Shown: piece after piece, positions 36,719 to 46,028 of the stretch | How the letters are laid out: each line of letters starts with the position of its first letter | Numbering within the stretch: the stretch's first letter is position 1 | Assembly: GCA_937869105.1 (NCBI GenBank) | Contig: CALMKZ010000002.1 | Coordinates: 4,499 to 68,498 of the forward strand | DNA from: an uncultured Cytophagales bacterium | Lineage (GTDB): Bacteria; Bacteroidota; Bacteroidia; Cytophagales; Cyclobacteriaceae | Length of the DNA stretch: 64,000 nt | Direction: 5' to 3' | Notes under the pieces: model-generated | Databases searched by the model: none | What the model saw: only the letters and a program-made list of their open reading frames with translations | Told to the model about the DNA's origin: nothing | Program-made: the position numbers and the translations under genes

Positions 36719-39418
36719 ATGGCACTACTTCCGGGCTTCGAACACGATATCTTTATCTCCTACCGTCAGAAAGACAATAAGTACGATGGTTGGGTGACTG
36801 AATTTGTGACCAACTTGAAGAAAGAACTGGAGGCCACCTTCAAGGATGATGTGTCCATCTACTTTGATGAAAATCCGCATGACGGATTGCTGGAGACCCA
36901 TAACGTAGACTTGTCGCTCAGCAAACGACTAAACAGTTTGATCGTCATTCCCATTGTATCGCAAACCTATTGCGATCCCAAGAGCTTTGCCTGGCAACAT
37001 GAATTTCTGGCATTCATCAACCTCATACGCAGCGATCGGTTCGGACAGCACGTGAAGCTTACCAATGGCAACGTAGCCAGCCGGATATTGCCTGTACGCA
37101 TACATGACCTGGAACCAGAAGACCTGGCCCTTTTTGAAAAAGAGACCGGGGAGGTAATGCGAAGTATAGACTTTATCTACAGGCTTCCTGGCGTAAACCG
37201 GCAATTGCGTGCCAAGGACGACGAACAAATCAAGGTTTCAAATCAGATTTTGTATCGCGATCAAATCAACAAGGTTGCCCGGGCCATAAAAGAAATTGTT
37301 CAAGGCATTAAACAGGTTGATCAGCCCGCGCAAGTCGTGACCTCCAAAGCCGCATCTGCTGCTGCCGTACCTACCCCTGTCACTGCGCAACCGCGCAAGG
37401 CGTTCCGGGTTAATAAACCACTGGTGATAGGCACAAGTTTGCTCGTTATCGCAGCCATATTTGCCCCAGGTTTGTACAAAAAATACAGGGTACGAAACGA
37501 AGTTATTCCTGCTATCCAACAGTTAATCAATGACAACTTCGCCGCTCCATCAAAAGCATTTGAATTGGCACTTGAGGCATCTGAAATAATTCCTGATGAT
37601 TCTGCATTGATCCGGCTCTGGCCGAAGATATCAAGAAAGGTAAAGTGGGAGACCAACCCGGCAGGTGCTGATATTTATTGGAAGGATTATGAACGTCCGG
37701 AAGATCCATGGAAAAAACTTGGTACGACACCCATGTCGGAAGTGCGCATTCCATTTGGCGTCAGATTCAAGATCGAGCTACCTGGGTTTGAAACTGTACA
37801 CGTAACTACCGGACGGATAGGCACAGAGAATAAGTTAAAACTCGACAGTATCGGTACCATTCCTGCCAACATGGTCAGGATACCTGCCCGAACTACGCCT
37901 ATGCTGATTGTCGGACTTGAACAGTATCAAGGACAGCCGGTACCTGAATTTTTGGCCGACAAATACGAAGTAACTAATGCGCAATACAAGCAATTTGTCG
38001 ACGCCGGTGGCTATCAGAACCCAACCTATTGGTCCAACAAGTTTGTTAAAGACGGAAAGGTCATTTCGAGAGAAGAAGCACTAAAGAGTTTCATTGACAA
38101 GACGGGAAAGCCCGGACCCGCAGGCTGGGAAGTAGGCAGTTATCCCAATGGATTGGAGAATCATCCGGTTTCCGGCATCTCCTGGTATGAAGCCGATGCC
38201 TATGCACGCTTTGCCGGCAAACAGCTGCCAACAGTATTCCATTGGAGTGTGATTGCCGAAACCAATCGTACCATGGTGATTGTCCCCAAGAGTAACTACA
38301 ATGGACAATCTACTGTTCCGGTGGGAAGCCTTGAAGGTATTTCGTCATTTGGCATCTATGATCTGGCAGGAAATGTCAGGGAATGGTGCGCCAACCCTTC
38401 CGGTACAAATGGTCTTTATTTTTCCCTGGGAGGAGCTTGGAATGATGCGACGTACGCTTTCAATGACGCCTACATGGTCCAGGCCATGGATCGTTCCGTA
38501 GGAAATGGATTCCGTTGCATCCAATTACTTAAAGAAGACCAGAGTTTCTCGGAGACCTCCAGACCGGTCTCTATGATGTTCAGGGACTACACCAAAGAAA
38601 AGCCCGTTGACGACCAGACTTTTGAATTCTTCCGGCGACAATATGCTTACGACCCGGGGCCAATCAATGCCCAGGTCAAAGTGATGGCCGACACCGGTAT
38701 CTGGCATGTGGAACAAATCACAATGGATGCCGCATACAACAAAGAGCGGTTGGTGATTTATCTGTTTATGCCCAGGAACGGAAAGGCCCCTGTTCAGCCC
38801 GTGATCTATTATCCGGGATCAAACGTTATTTATGAACAGAAATTCACCAACACCTATGTGAACCGTTTGGAATTCATCATTCGCAGTGGTCGGGCCATCG
38901 CGATACCGGTTTTCAAAGGAACCTTTGAACGTCATGATGAGTTGAAATCAGATTTGCCTGACAACACGGTATTCTATAAAGACCATGTCATCATGTGGCG
39001 CAAAGACCTGAGCCGAACCATCGACTACCTGGAGACCCGAACGGATATCGCCGCCAATAAGATCGGATACTTCGGCTGGAGCTGGGGCGGATATCAGGGA
39101 GGAATCCTACCAGCCATTGAAACACGCATCCAGTGTATTGTACTCCATGTTGGCGGCATGGTGATGAATCCCTCTTTACCGGAAGTGGATCAACTCAACT
39201 TCCTGCCCCGGGTAAAACAACCCGTGCTGATGCTCAACGGGAAACATGATCTATTCTTTCCGGTAGAAACGGCACAGAAACCTATGTTCAACTTATTGGG
39301 GACACCCGCCAAAGACAAAAAGATCATTATCTATGATGCCGGGCATTTAGTGCCCCGAACGGAACTGATCCGCGAAACACTTTTGTGGTATGATAAGTAC
39401 CTCGGCACTGTGAACTAA
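36719..39418 (+). CDS. Multidomain membrane protein: N-terminal TIR, one TM, PEGA-like domain, FGE/SUMF1-sulfatase-modifying-like domain, C-terminal alpha/beta hydrolase
   Basis: The TIR domain reads DIFISYRQKDNKYDGWV...IVSQTYCDPKSFAWQHEFLAF. The TM segment is PLVIGTSLLVIAAIFAPGLY. The FGE motifs are YEVTNAQYKQFV, PVSGISWYEADAYARFAGKQLPT and GIYDLAGNVREWC. The hydrolase nucleophile elbow is GYFGWSWGG. Confidence 0.75.
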   Translation: MALLPGFEHDIFISYRQKDNKYDGWVTEFVTNLKKELEATFKDDVSIYFDENPHDGLLETHNVDLSLSKRLNSLIVIPIVSQTYCDPKSFAWQHEFLAFINLIRSDRFGQHVKLTNGNVASRILPVRIHDLEPEDLALFEKETGEVMRSIDFIYRLPGVNRQLRAKDDEQIKVSNQILYRDQINKVARAIKEIVQGIKQVDQPAQVVTSKAASAAAVPTPVTAQPRKAFRVNKPLVIGTSLLVIAAIFAPGLYKKYRVRNEVIPAIQQLINDNFAAPSKAFELALEASEIIPDDSALIRLWPKISRKVKWETNPAGADIYWKDYERPEDPWKKLGTTPMSEVRIPFGVRFKIELPGFETVHVTTGRIGTENKLKLDSIGTIPANMVRIPARTTPMLIVGLEQYQGQPVPEFLADKYEVTNAQYKQFVDAGGYQNPTYWSNKFVKDGKVISREEALKSFIDKTGKPGPAGWEVGSYPNGLENHPVSGISWYEADAYARFAGKQLPTVFHWSVIAETNRTMVIVPKSNYNGQSTVPVGSLEGISSFGIYDLAGNVREWCANPSGTNGLYFSLGGAWNDATYAFNDAYMVQAMDRSVGNGFRCIQLLKEDQSFSETSRPVSMMFRDYTKEKPVDDQTFEFFRRQYAYDPGPINAQVKVMADTGIWHVEQITMDAAYNKERLVIYLFMPRNGKAPVQPVIYYPGSNVIYEQKFTNTYVNRLEFIIRSGRAIAIPVFKGTFERHDELKSDLPDNTVFYKDHVIMWRKDLSRTIDYLETRTDIAANKIGYFGWSWGGYQGGILPAIETRIQCIVLHVGGMVMNPSLPEVDQLNFLPRVKQPVLMLNGKHDLFFPVETAQKPMFNLLGTPAKDKKIIIYDAGHLVPRTELIRETLLWYDKYLGTVN

Positions 39419-39589
39419 CTCGCAATCGCACCCTTTCTGTTTTAGACTTAGAAATCCCCAATCATGCGGATTTGTCCGACTTCGGTTAGGAAAATGGCTG
39501 ATTTTGGTCATTATCCAGCGGGGGCAATCTTGGTAAATCGTACTACGGCCAACGCCTGACCAGATGCGGTTTGGCAGCCGGAAATTGCC

Positions 39590-41227
39590 ATGACTGACCG
39601 GATTAATCAACTTCTCCATCACCTGGACACTGATTCTGTAGAATCGGTATCCCTTGCCCTCGACGAAGCAGGCGGCCTTACCGACCTCACCCTCGATGAA
39701 AAAACTGAACTTGTCCGGGCTTTTGCTGAAGTATTCTTTCATGCCCACCACACCAAGTCCAGCTCGATGCCTAGACTTGCCGTACATGTTGAAGTGCTGC
39801 TGGCCAGTTTCGGTCCCGAGATCATTCCGGTATTGCTGGAAGAAATGCGCGAGGTGGACAGTGAGTCGGCGGTGTTCTTTGGCAAGACCCTGGCACGCTT
39901 CGGCAACATCGGCCTGGACCAATGCCTGAATAAAGTGGTGGAACTAAACGAACAAGGCGAAGATCCGATCAACATTCTTCAGGCCCTCTCCTTCTTCCGG
40001 ACGCCGGAAGCCGTACAATCGGTACCCCAGATACTGGAAGCAGCCAAATCAAATCGTCACCACGTTACGGCCATGGCACTGTATTGCGCCGGCCGACTGG
40101 TACAAAAACTCAAAGCACAATTCTTTCCGACCGAAATACGCAAGAAGCTGTTTGATTCAAGCTTCGCCTTCCTTGCCAGTTCACATGGTCTTGTTCGCAA
40201 GAACGCCGCCAGGACCCTGGGAAAAATGCTCCGCCGCGGAATTCTATTCCGTGAACAGGAAGACAAACTGCACAAAGCTTTCCTTTCCATTACCGGCCGG
40301 GATGAACATCACAACTGGGACCGTGCCTTCATCGTGCGCCGCGAAGCTGAAAGCTTTCTGCCATTCTTCCATATGCAGGCGGCCTCTTCTTCCGCCTATA
40401 ACCAAAGCTTCACCATCGTCACTAAGCGACTGCTGTGCGCCAATACCTATCATTACACCATTGAAGCGCCGCTCATCGCACGAAAAATTGAGGCGGGACA
40501 ATTTATCATTGTGAGGCCGCATGCATACAGCGAACGAATCCCGTTATCCATCTGCGGATGGGATCGCGAAAAAGGAACCATTGACATCATTATCTCAGCT
40601 GTCGGCAAGACCACGACCGAACTGAATGCCATGGTTCCTGGTCAAACCCTACAGGACGTCGTTGGCCCGCTGGGCGAACGCTCTGCCCTGCCACGCGAAA
40701 AGGGAACTTGCGTTGTCGTTGGTGGCGGCTATGGAACCGGAGCGGTTATCCCCACTGCCCGCGACATCCGTAACCTGGGCTACAAGGCTATCGGTATTGT
40801 CGGCGCACGTGGCACTGACAACCTGATCATGACAGATGAACTCAAACAAGTATGCGATGAGGTGATCATCACGACCAATGACGGATCTGTTGGGATGCAT
40901 GGTCTGGTAACCGATGCCCTCCGACAAGTGCTGGATCGCGAAAAGGTTGTCTATGTACTTGCGGTAGGTCCGGTACCGATGATGAAAGCCATCAGCGAGA
41001 TGACCCGTCCTTTGGGTATCACCACCTATGTATCCTTGAACGCGATCATGGTCGACGGCACTGGTATGTGTGGCGCATGTCGTGTCACCGTAGGCGGTGA
41101 AACCAAATTCGCCTGCTTCCACGGCCCCGATTTTGATGGGCATAAAGTTGACTTTGAGAACCTAATGAAACGTCAGAAAATGTTTGTACAACAAGAGAAA
41201 CTGGCGATGGCCAGCCTTCACGTCTAA
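39590..41227 (+). CDS. NfnA/SudB-like FAD/NAD(P)-binding ferredoxin-reductase subunit with ~260-aa N-terminal HEAT-like extension
   Basis: The C-terminal ~280 aa carry FNR-like motifs (RIPLSICGW, VVGGGYGTG) and a C-terminal Cys cluster (MCGACRV...FACFHGP). The N-terminal helical repeat region has no obvious catalytic motif. Confidence 0.7.
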   Translation: MTDRINQLLHHLDTDSVESVSLALDEAGGLTDLTLDEKTELVRAFAEVFFHAHHTKSSSMPRLAVHVEVLLASFGPEIIPVLLEEMREVDSESAVFFGKTLARFGNIGLDQCLNKVVELNEQGEDPINILQALSFFRTPEAVQSVPQILEAAKSNRHHVTAMALYCAGRLVQKLKAQFFPTEIRKKLFDSSFAFLASSHGLVRKNAARTLGKMLRRGILFREQEDKLHKAFLSITGRDEHHNWDRAFIVRREAESFLPFFHMQAASSSAYNQSFTIVTKRLLCANTYHYTIEAPLIARKIEAGQFIIVRPHAYSERIPLSICGWDREKGTIDIIISAVGKTTTELNAMVPGQTLQDVVGPLGERSALPREKGTCVVVGGGYGTGAVIPTARDIRNLGYKAIGIVGARGTDNLIMTDELKQVCDEVIITTNDGSVGMHGLVTDALRQVLDREKVVYVLAVGPVPMMKAISEMTRPLGITTYVSLNAIMVDGTGMCGACRVTVGGETKFACFHGPDFDGHKVDFENLMKRQKMFVQQEKLAMASLHV

Positions 41228-41238
41228 GCAATATTACC

Positions 41239-42705
41239 ATGATAACCGTACCCGCTACCTTAAGCAACAAAGAGCGCAGCAAGATTTCTCACCAGGAAAT
41301 GCCCTTGCAGGATGCACAACTTCGCGTTGGCAACTTCGAAGAAGTGCCCGTAGGATATAGCGATGAGCAAGCCATGCAGGAAGCCTTGCGTTGCCTGCAT
41401 TGCAAGCGTCCCGCCTGTGTGGGTGCCTGCCCGGTGGGCATTGACATACCCGGGTTCCTGCGCCTCATTGAACGCGGTGACCCCGCAGGTGCTGCCCGCA
41501 AAATCAGGGAGACCAACTTCCTGCCGGCTGTTTGTGGTCGTGTGTGTCCGCAGGACAAACAATGCCAGGCCGTGTGTGTGGTGGGACGCAAAAATCATCC
41601 TGTTGGTATCGGTAACCTCGAACGCTTTGCCGCCGATTACGAACGCAAGAATGGATTGGTGCAGCTGCCACGCATCCCTGAGTCTACCGGTAAACGAGTG
41701 GCCATCATCGGTTCGGGACCAGCCGGTCTATCAGCCGCCTATGAACTGGTGACCCGTGGTCATGAAGTAGTGGTGTTCGAAGCTTCTCACCGCGCCGGTG
41801 GGGTCATGGTGTATGGCATTCCACGTTTCCGTCTGCCGCTGGAAATCGTGGATGAAGATGTAAAACTACTCACCGAACTCGGTGTCAGGTTTGTGTACAA
41901 CATGGTGATCGGTAAAGTACTCACCTTAGAGGACTTGTTGAACAAAGAGGGGTTTCACGCGATTATGATTGGCACCGGTGCCGGACTTCCCCGGATGCTG
42001 GATGTTCCAGGCTCCAACGCCAACGGCGTCTACTCAGCGAATGAATACCTCACCCGGATCTATCTGATGGATGCACACCACTTTCCGCAATACAGCACCC
42101 CCGTCTCCAGCGGCAAGAAAATTGCCGTGATCGGTGCCGGCAACACAGCCATGGATGTCCTGCGCACGGCGCGCCGCCTGGGTGCTGACGCAACCTGCTA
42201 TTACCGCCGGTCCAAAGACGAAGCACCTGCCCGCTCTGAAGAACTTACGCATGCCGAACAGGAAGGCATGATCTGGCGGTGGTTGTCCAATCCGGTGGAG
42301 TTCATTGTGGACGAGAACAACTTTGTAAAACAAATCAAGTGTGAGAAGATGGCGTTGTCCGAACCGGATGAAACCGGCCGTCGCAAGCCCATTTCCACCG
42401 GAGAGTTCTTTGTTGAAGACTGTGACACGGTAGTCATGTCGCTTGGCTGCAGCGTGAACCCCATCATTCCATCCACCGATAACGAGATCCATACGAACAA
42501 GTGGGGTGTAATCACCGTTGACGCCAACACCAACCAAACCAGCAAGAAAGGTGTATTCGCCGCTGGCGACGCCATTACCGGGGGCTCAACCGTGATCCTG
42601 GCCATGGGTCAGGCAAAAAAAGCCGCCAAAGCCATTCACCATTATCTGATGGGAACCTCTGAAACTGTCCCTGAAGTCCTGGTCGAGGAAGAGGATGAGG
42701 GGTAG
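41239..42705 (+). CDS. NADPH-dependent glutamate synthase small-subunit-like oxidoreductase (GltD/NfnB type)
   Basis: Motifs seen: EALRCLHCKRPACVGACPV, CGRVCPQDKQC and VAIIGSGPAGLSAA. Confidence 0.85.
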   Translation: MITVPATLSNKERSKISHQEMPLQDAQLRVGNFEEVPVGYSDEQAMQEALRCLHCKRPACVGACPVGIDIPGFLRLIERGDPAGAARKIRETNFLPAVCGRVCPQDKQCQAVCVVGRKNHPVGIGNLERFAADYERKNGLVQLPRIPESTGKRVAIIGSGPAGLSAAYELVTRGHEVVVFEASHRAGGVMVYGIPRFRLPLEIVDEDVKLLTELGVRFVYNMVIGKVLTLEDLLNKEGFHAIMIGTGAGLPRMLDVPGSNANGVYSANEYLTRIYLMDAHHFPQYSTPVSSGKKIAVIGAGNTAMDVLRTARRLGADATCYYRRSKDEAPARSEELTHAEQEGMIWRWLSNPVEFIVDENNFVKQIKCEKMALSEPDETGRRKPISTGEFFVEDCDTVVMSLGCSVNPIIPSTDNEIHTNKWGVITVDANTNQTSKKGVFAAGDAITGGSTVILAMGQAKKAAKAIHHYLMGTSETVPEVLVEEEDEG

Positions 42706-42713
42706 TGAACAAC

Positions 42714-43091
42714 CTACAGTCCATTGACTTTACGGATAATGCTGTTGGTTATCTCCGTGGTGTTGAAATTGACAAGAAGACCCAACTTAAGTTTACTCAA
42801 TTTGAGATACGTCAATAATTGCTGAAGGTGTACATCGGCGAGGCCTTCAATCGACTTTATTTCAACCATTACCTTATCTTCAACTATCATATCGACGCGA
42901 AAGCCTATGTTGAGCCGCACTTCCTCATAGACCATTGGTATGGGAACTTGAAGGGAGACCTTTAGTCCCAATTTCTGTAGCTCATAGGCCAGGGAAGCCT
43001 CGTAAGTAGATTCGAGCAACCCCGGGCCAAGTCTGTTGTAAACCAAAAATATCGCCTTCCTGATAAGGTAGGAGATTTCGTTTTCAGTCAT
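42714..43091 (-). CDS. GxxExxY protein (PD-(D/E)XK-like)
   Basis: Motifs seen: GPGLLESTYEASLAYEL and VDMIVEDKVMVEIK...LLTYLKLSKLKLGLLVNFN. The start is set at the ATG at 43091. Confidence 0.8.
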   Translation of the reverse strand: MTENEISYLIRKAIFLVYNRLGPGLLESTYEASLAYELQKLGLKVSLQVPIPMVYEEVRLNIGFRVDMIVEDKVMVEIKSIEGLADVHLQQLLTYLKLSKLKLGLLVNFNTTEITNSIIRKVNGL

Positions 43092-43175
43092 GGCTAAATT
43101 TGGGAATAAAAGATGTTGACCCATTCGTTCGGTTAAAAGGGTTTCCATATGATTTGGTGTCCGGAAAACATTTCC

Positions 43176-43975
43176 CTAATCCAGCGGGGAGACTACTTTA
43201 CAATGGGAGGGGACGACTGCAGGGAAAGCTAGTCTTCGCTTCAAGTAAGTCTCAGACAAAACTGGGAGCAAGCGAATCATCCAGAAATTCCCCCGTGGTA
43301 AGGAGTAGTCTCCCGCTGATATGCTCAGATTCAATACAATGATTGGCGCGAATCGCTAAAGTGAACTCAACTATCAAACGCATTGATCAGCGAAGAATCC
43401 AGCACTAAATCAGCGTAAATCTGCGGGAAACTAATCCTGGCTTCAACTAAATATCAGGCAAAACTGGGAGTAAGGTAACCATCATGCCATTCCCCAGTAA
43501 TAAAGAGTAGTCTCCCGCAGATGTACACAGATTCAATACAATGATTGGCGCGGATCGCTAAAGTGAACTCAACTATCACACGCATTGATCAGCGGAAAAT
43601 CGTTGCACTAAAATCAGCGTAAATCTGCGGGAAACTAATCTTGGCCTCAACTAAATATCAGACAAAGCTGGGAGCAAGCTAACCATCCTGCCATTCCCAA
43701 GTGTAAAGAGTAGTCTCCCGCAGATGTGCACAGATGCAAATACATCGATTGGCGCGGATCGCTAAAGCGATTTTTACTCACCAAATGAATTGATCGGCGT
43801 AAATCGTTGTTCCAAATCGGCGTAAATCTGCGGGAAACTAATCTTGGCTTCAACTAAGTATCAGACAAAGCTGAGAGCAAGCTAAACATGCTGGCATTCC
43901 CTAGTGGTAAAGAGTAGTCCCCCGCAGATGTGCACAGATTCAATATAAGGATTAGCGGGATCGTGTAGGGAAAAA
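43176..43975. repeat. Tandem array 1, ~202-bp period, about 4 units, built on an alternating inverted 15-nt core
   Basis: atctgcgggaaacta-type cores lie at 43178 (degenerate), 43419, 43623 and 43826. tagtctcccgcagat-type cores lie at 43306, 43508, 43711 and 43915. Core spacing alternates about 89 and 115 nt. Confidence 0.9.
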
Positions 43976-44024
43976 AATTCCACAGCATGCATGAACACAC
44001 TGTGGAACTTAATAGGCTTTTGTG

Positions 44025-45533
44025 TTACTGTCTTGCGGTCGAGAGTATGAACTCCGCAACGTCTTTCTTGAACTTCTCCATAGAAGCCTGATGAGTGTAC
44101 ATCATGTGCCCCGCCTCATAGTACTTCATGATAATGTTGTTCTTGATATTCGGAGGCAAGCCCAGGTGGTCGATGGTGTATTCAACGCCATAGAATACGG
44201 TGGCTATATCGTAGTAACCATTGAGGATCATCACCTTCATGTTGGGATCTTTGGTGAGCGCGCTCGCCATGTCGATGCCGGTATTGATAGCGGCAGAAGT
44301 TCCCCAGCGCAAATTGCCCTGGTGCTTCCAATCCCAACGAAATCCTTCGCGACCCCCGGCACTGGTCATGTAATTCAATTTCTTGTTCACCTTCAGGTCG
44401 TTATAAAAATAGTTCAGAAATCCTGCCGTATACGCCGGGCTGATCGCAGCACTTTGGGGATCATAGTCCGCAAACTGACTTACCAAATCCTGGTTGATGC
44501 CCTTGAATCGGGAGTCCAGTCGACCAACCGTATTGCCTTCACCCCGGAGCAACTCAGCAAAGAACTCACCGGCCTGCACACGCAGATCCGCACGCATCCA
44601 AAAATCAGCACTCACGCCTGAGTACGCGGCCAGTTTGTTGGCCATGGATTTCTTCTCATCAGCCGTCAGGCGATCACCTTTATAAAGAGCAGGTACATAC
44701 TCCTTTTCTGTAAATGACCTGACATCAGCCAGGAATGCTTCCAGGTTGGCAGGCTTATTCGCTACTTTATTATGATACCAGGCAGTGGCGGCATAGGTGG
44801 GAAAATGAACTACATACGGCATGTCATCATTGGGCGGAAACAAAAGGGTCCGCAGGTCGAAGACGGCAGACACCATCACCACGCCATTCATAGCGATGCC
44901 ATCATCCAATAGTTTGTCCATAACGCCTGCATTGCGAAAGGTACCATAGCTTTCTCCCAACAGGTATTTGGATGAATTCATCCGACCATTCTCGATGAGG
45001 TATTGCTTGATGAACAGACTGATGCTTCGGATATCCTGGTCAACGCCCCAGAAGTCTTCAAACTTGTATTTGCCTGAAGGAACACTGAGACCAGTGCCCA
45101 CCGGATCCATCATCACTACATCGGCAATGTCCAGTAAAGAGTAATCGTTGTTCACAACTTTGTACGGTGCGGCGGGTGTATTACCCGGGTCATTCACAAC
45201 TACGCGTTTAGGTCCCATGATCCCCATATGGAGCCAATAGGACGACGAACCCGGACCGCCGTTGTAAGAAAAAATAATCGGCCTGTTGCCGCCACCATCC
45301 TTGGTATAGCTGGTGAACCCGAACAACGCCATCGGATTATTGGTCTCATCCCGGAGGGCCATCGTCCCGGCTTTTGCCGTAAGGTTGATGATCACTCCGT
45401 TTATTTTCACGGATTGCTGGGTAGTGGAAACCTCTGCTTCTGCATTGGTTTTTGAATCCGACTTGGACGCATCAGACTGGCCATAGGTCATGAGCGTACA
45501 GCCGAGAAAGATCAGGATCAGTAATTTTTTCAT
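44025..45533 (-). CDS. Peptidase S10 (serine carboxypeptidase) family protein, secreted
   Basis: 502 aa with a signal peptide. Motifs seen: NGGPGSSSYWLHMG and the GESYG nucleophile motif. Confidence 0.8.
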   Translation of the reverse strand: MKKLLILIFLGCTLMTYGQSDASKSDSKTNAEAEVSTTQQSVKINGVIINLTAKAGTMALRDETNNPMALFGFTSYTKDGGGNRPIIFSYNGGPGSSSYWLHMGIMGPKRVVVNDPGNTPAAPYKVVNNDYSLLDIADVVMMDPVGTGLSVPSGKYKFEDFWGVDQDIRSISLFIKQYLIENGRMNSSKYLLGESYGTFRNAGVMDKLLDDGIAMNGVVMVSAVFDLRTLLFPPNDDMPYVVHFPTYAATAWYHNKVANKPANLEAFLADVRSFTEKEYVPALYKGDRLTADEKKSMANKLAAYSGVSADFWMRADLRVQAGEFFAELLRGEGNTVGRLDSRFKGINQDLVSQFADYDPQSAAISPAYTAGFLNYFYNDLKVNKKLNYMTSAGGREGFRWDWKHQGNLRWGTSAAINTGIDMASALTKDPNMKVMILNGYYDIATVFYGVEYTIDHLGLPPNIKNNIIMKYYEAGHMMYTHQASMEKFKKDVAEFILSTARQ

Positions 45534-45619
45534 AGGTGTTTTATTTGCTGATCCAAAGTAGGAAAAACACCAATACGCGTTGACAAAATATGTCAGGCGG
45601 CAACCCTGCAGGTTGGAAA

Positions 45620-45651
45620 TAAAAAAAGCCCGTGCCGGGGGGCAACAGGCT
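45620..45651 (-). terminator. Candidate intrinsic terminator after the small peptide gene
   Basis: The minus strand reads gcctgt-(loop)-acgggc followed by ttttttt. The stem is imperfect. Confidence 0.4.
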
Positions 45652-45671
45652 GAAGGAGAGATTTTCGTGTC

Positions 45672-45851
45672 TCAGGCATTAAATACCTCAAACGGGTGCT
45701 CTTCGCAGAACTTCCACAGTTCATAGAAAAACCGGCCCGTGGCACCTATGCCATAGGCGATCCAGTACCACAGGGACTCTCCCCCGTTGATCGACCGCAT
45801 CTCCTCTTCCGTTAAGAGGCGCAGGTCGTCTGAAAATTCATTCATCTTCAT
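45672..45851 (-). CDS. Double-glycine-leader peptide (bacteriocin/RiPP-precursor-like), 59 aa
   Basis: My own translation gives MKMNEFSDDLRLLTEEEMRSINGG|ESLWYWIAYGIGATGRFFYELWKFCEEHPFEVFNA. It is below the 60-aa cutoff of the supplied track. The leader is a classic L..EE....I.GG type, and the core is hydrophobic and Trp-rich with a GxxxG motif. Confidence 0.6.
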   Translation of the reverse strand: MKMNEFSDDLRLLTEEEMRSINGGESLWYWIAYGIGATGRFFYELWKFCEEHPFEVFNA

Positions 45852-46028
45852 ACGATTTTTTGTTTTGGTTGAACAATGATTAATTGGTTATTGGATTCAA
45901 GCCCGAACCCGGGATGAAGATGAACCTCGGGGTTCGGTGATCCAATACGATACCATCATTGATCCGGTAAACAAAGCCCCGGTGATTTCGGAATACCTGA
46001 CGTAGTAATTAACGGAATCAAACAGGGG

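Noticed and set aside
39347-39922. 191-aa minus-strand ORF spanning the end of the TIR-receptor gene and the start of the Nfn-like gene
   Set aside because: It overlaps two better-supported plus-strand genes and the intergenic repeat remnant, and it has no recognisable motifs.
43176-43975. Possible CRISPR array, because of regularly spaced short conserved motifs
   Set aside because: The whole ~202-bp unit is repeated at 80-90% identity. There are no unique spacers, the conserved core alternates in orientation, and no cas genes are nearby.
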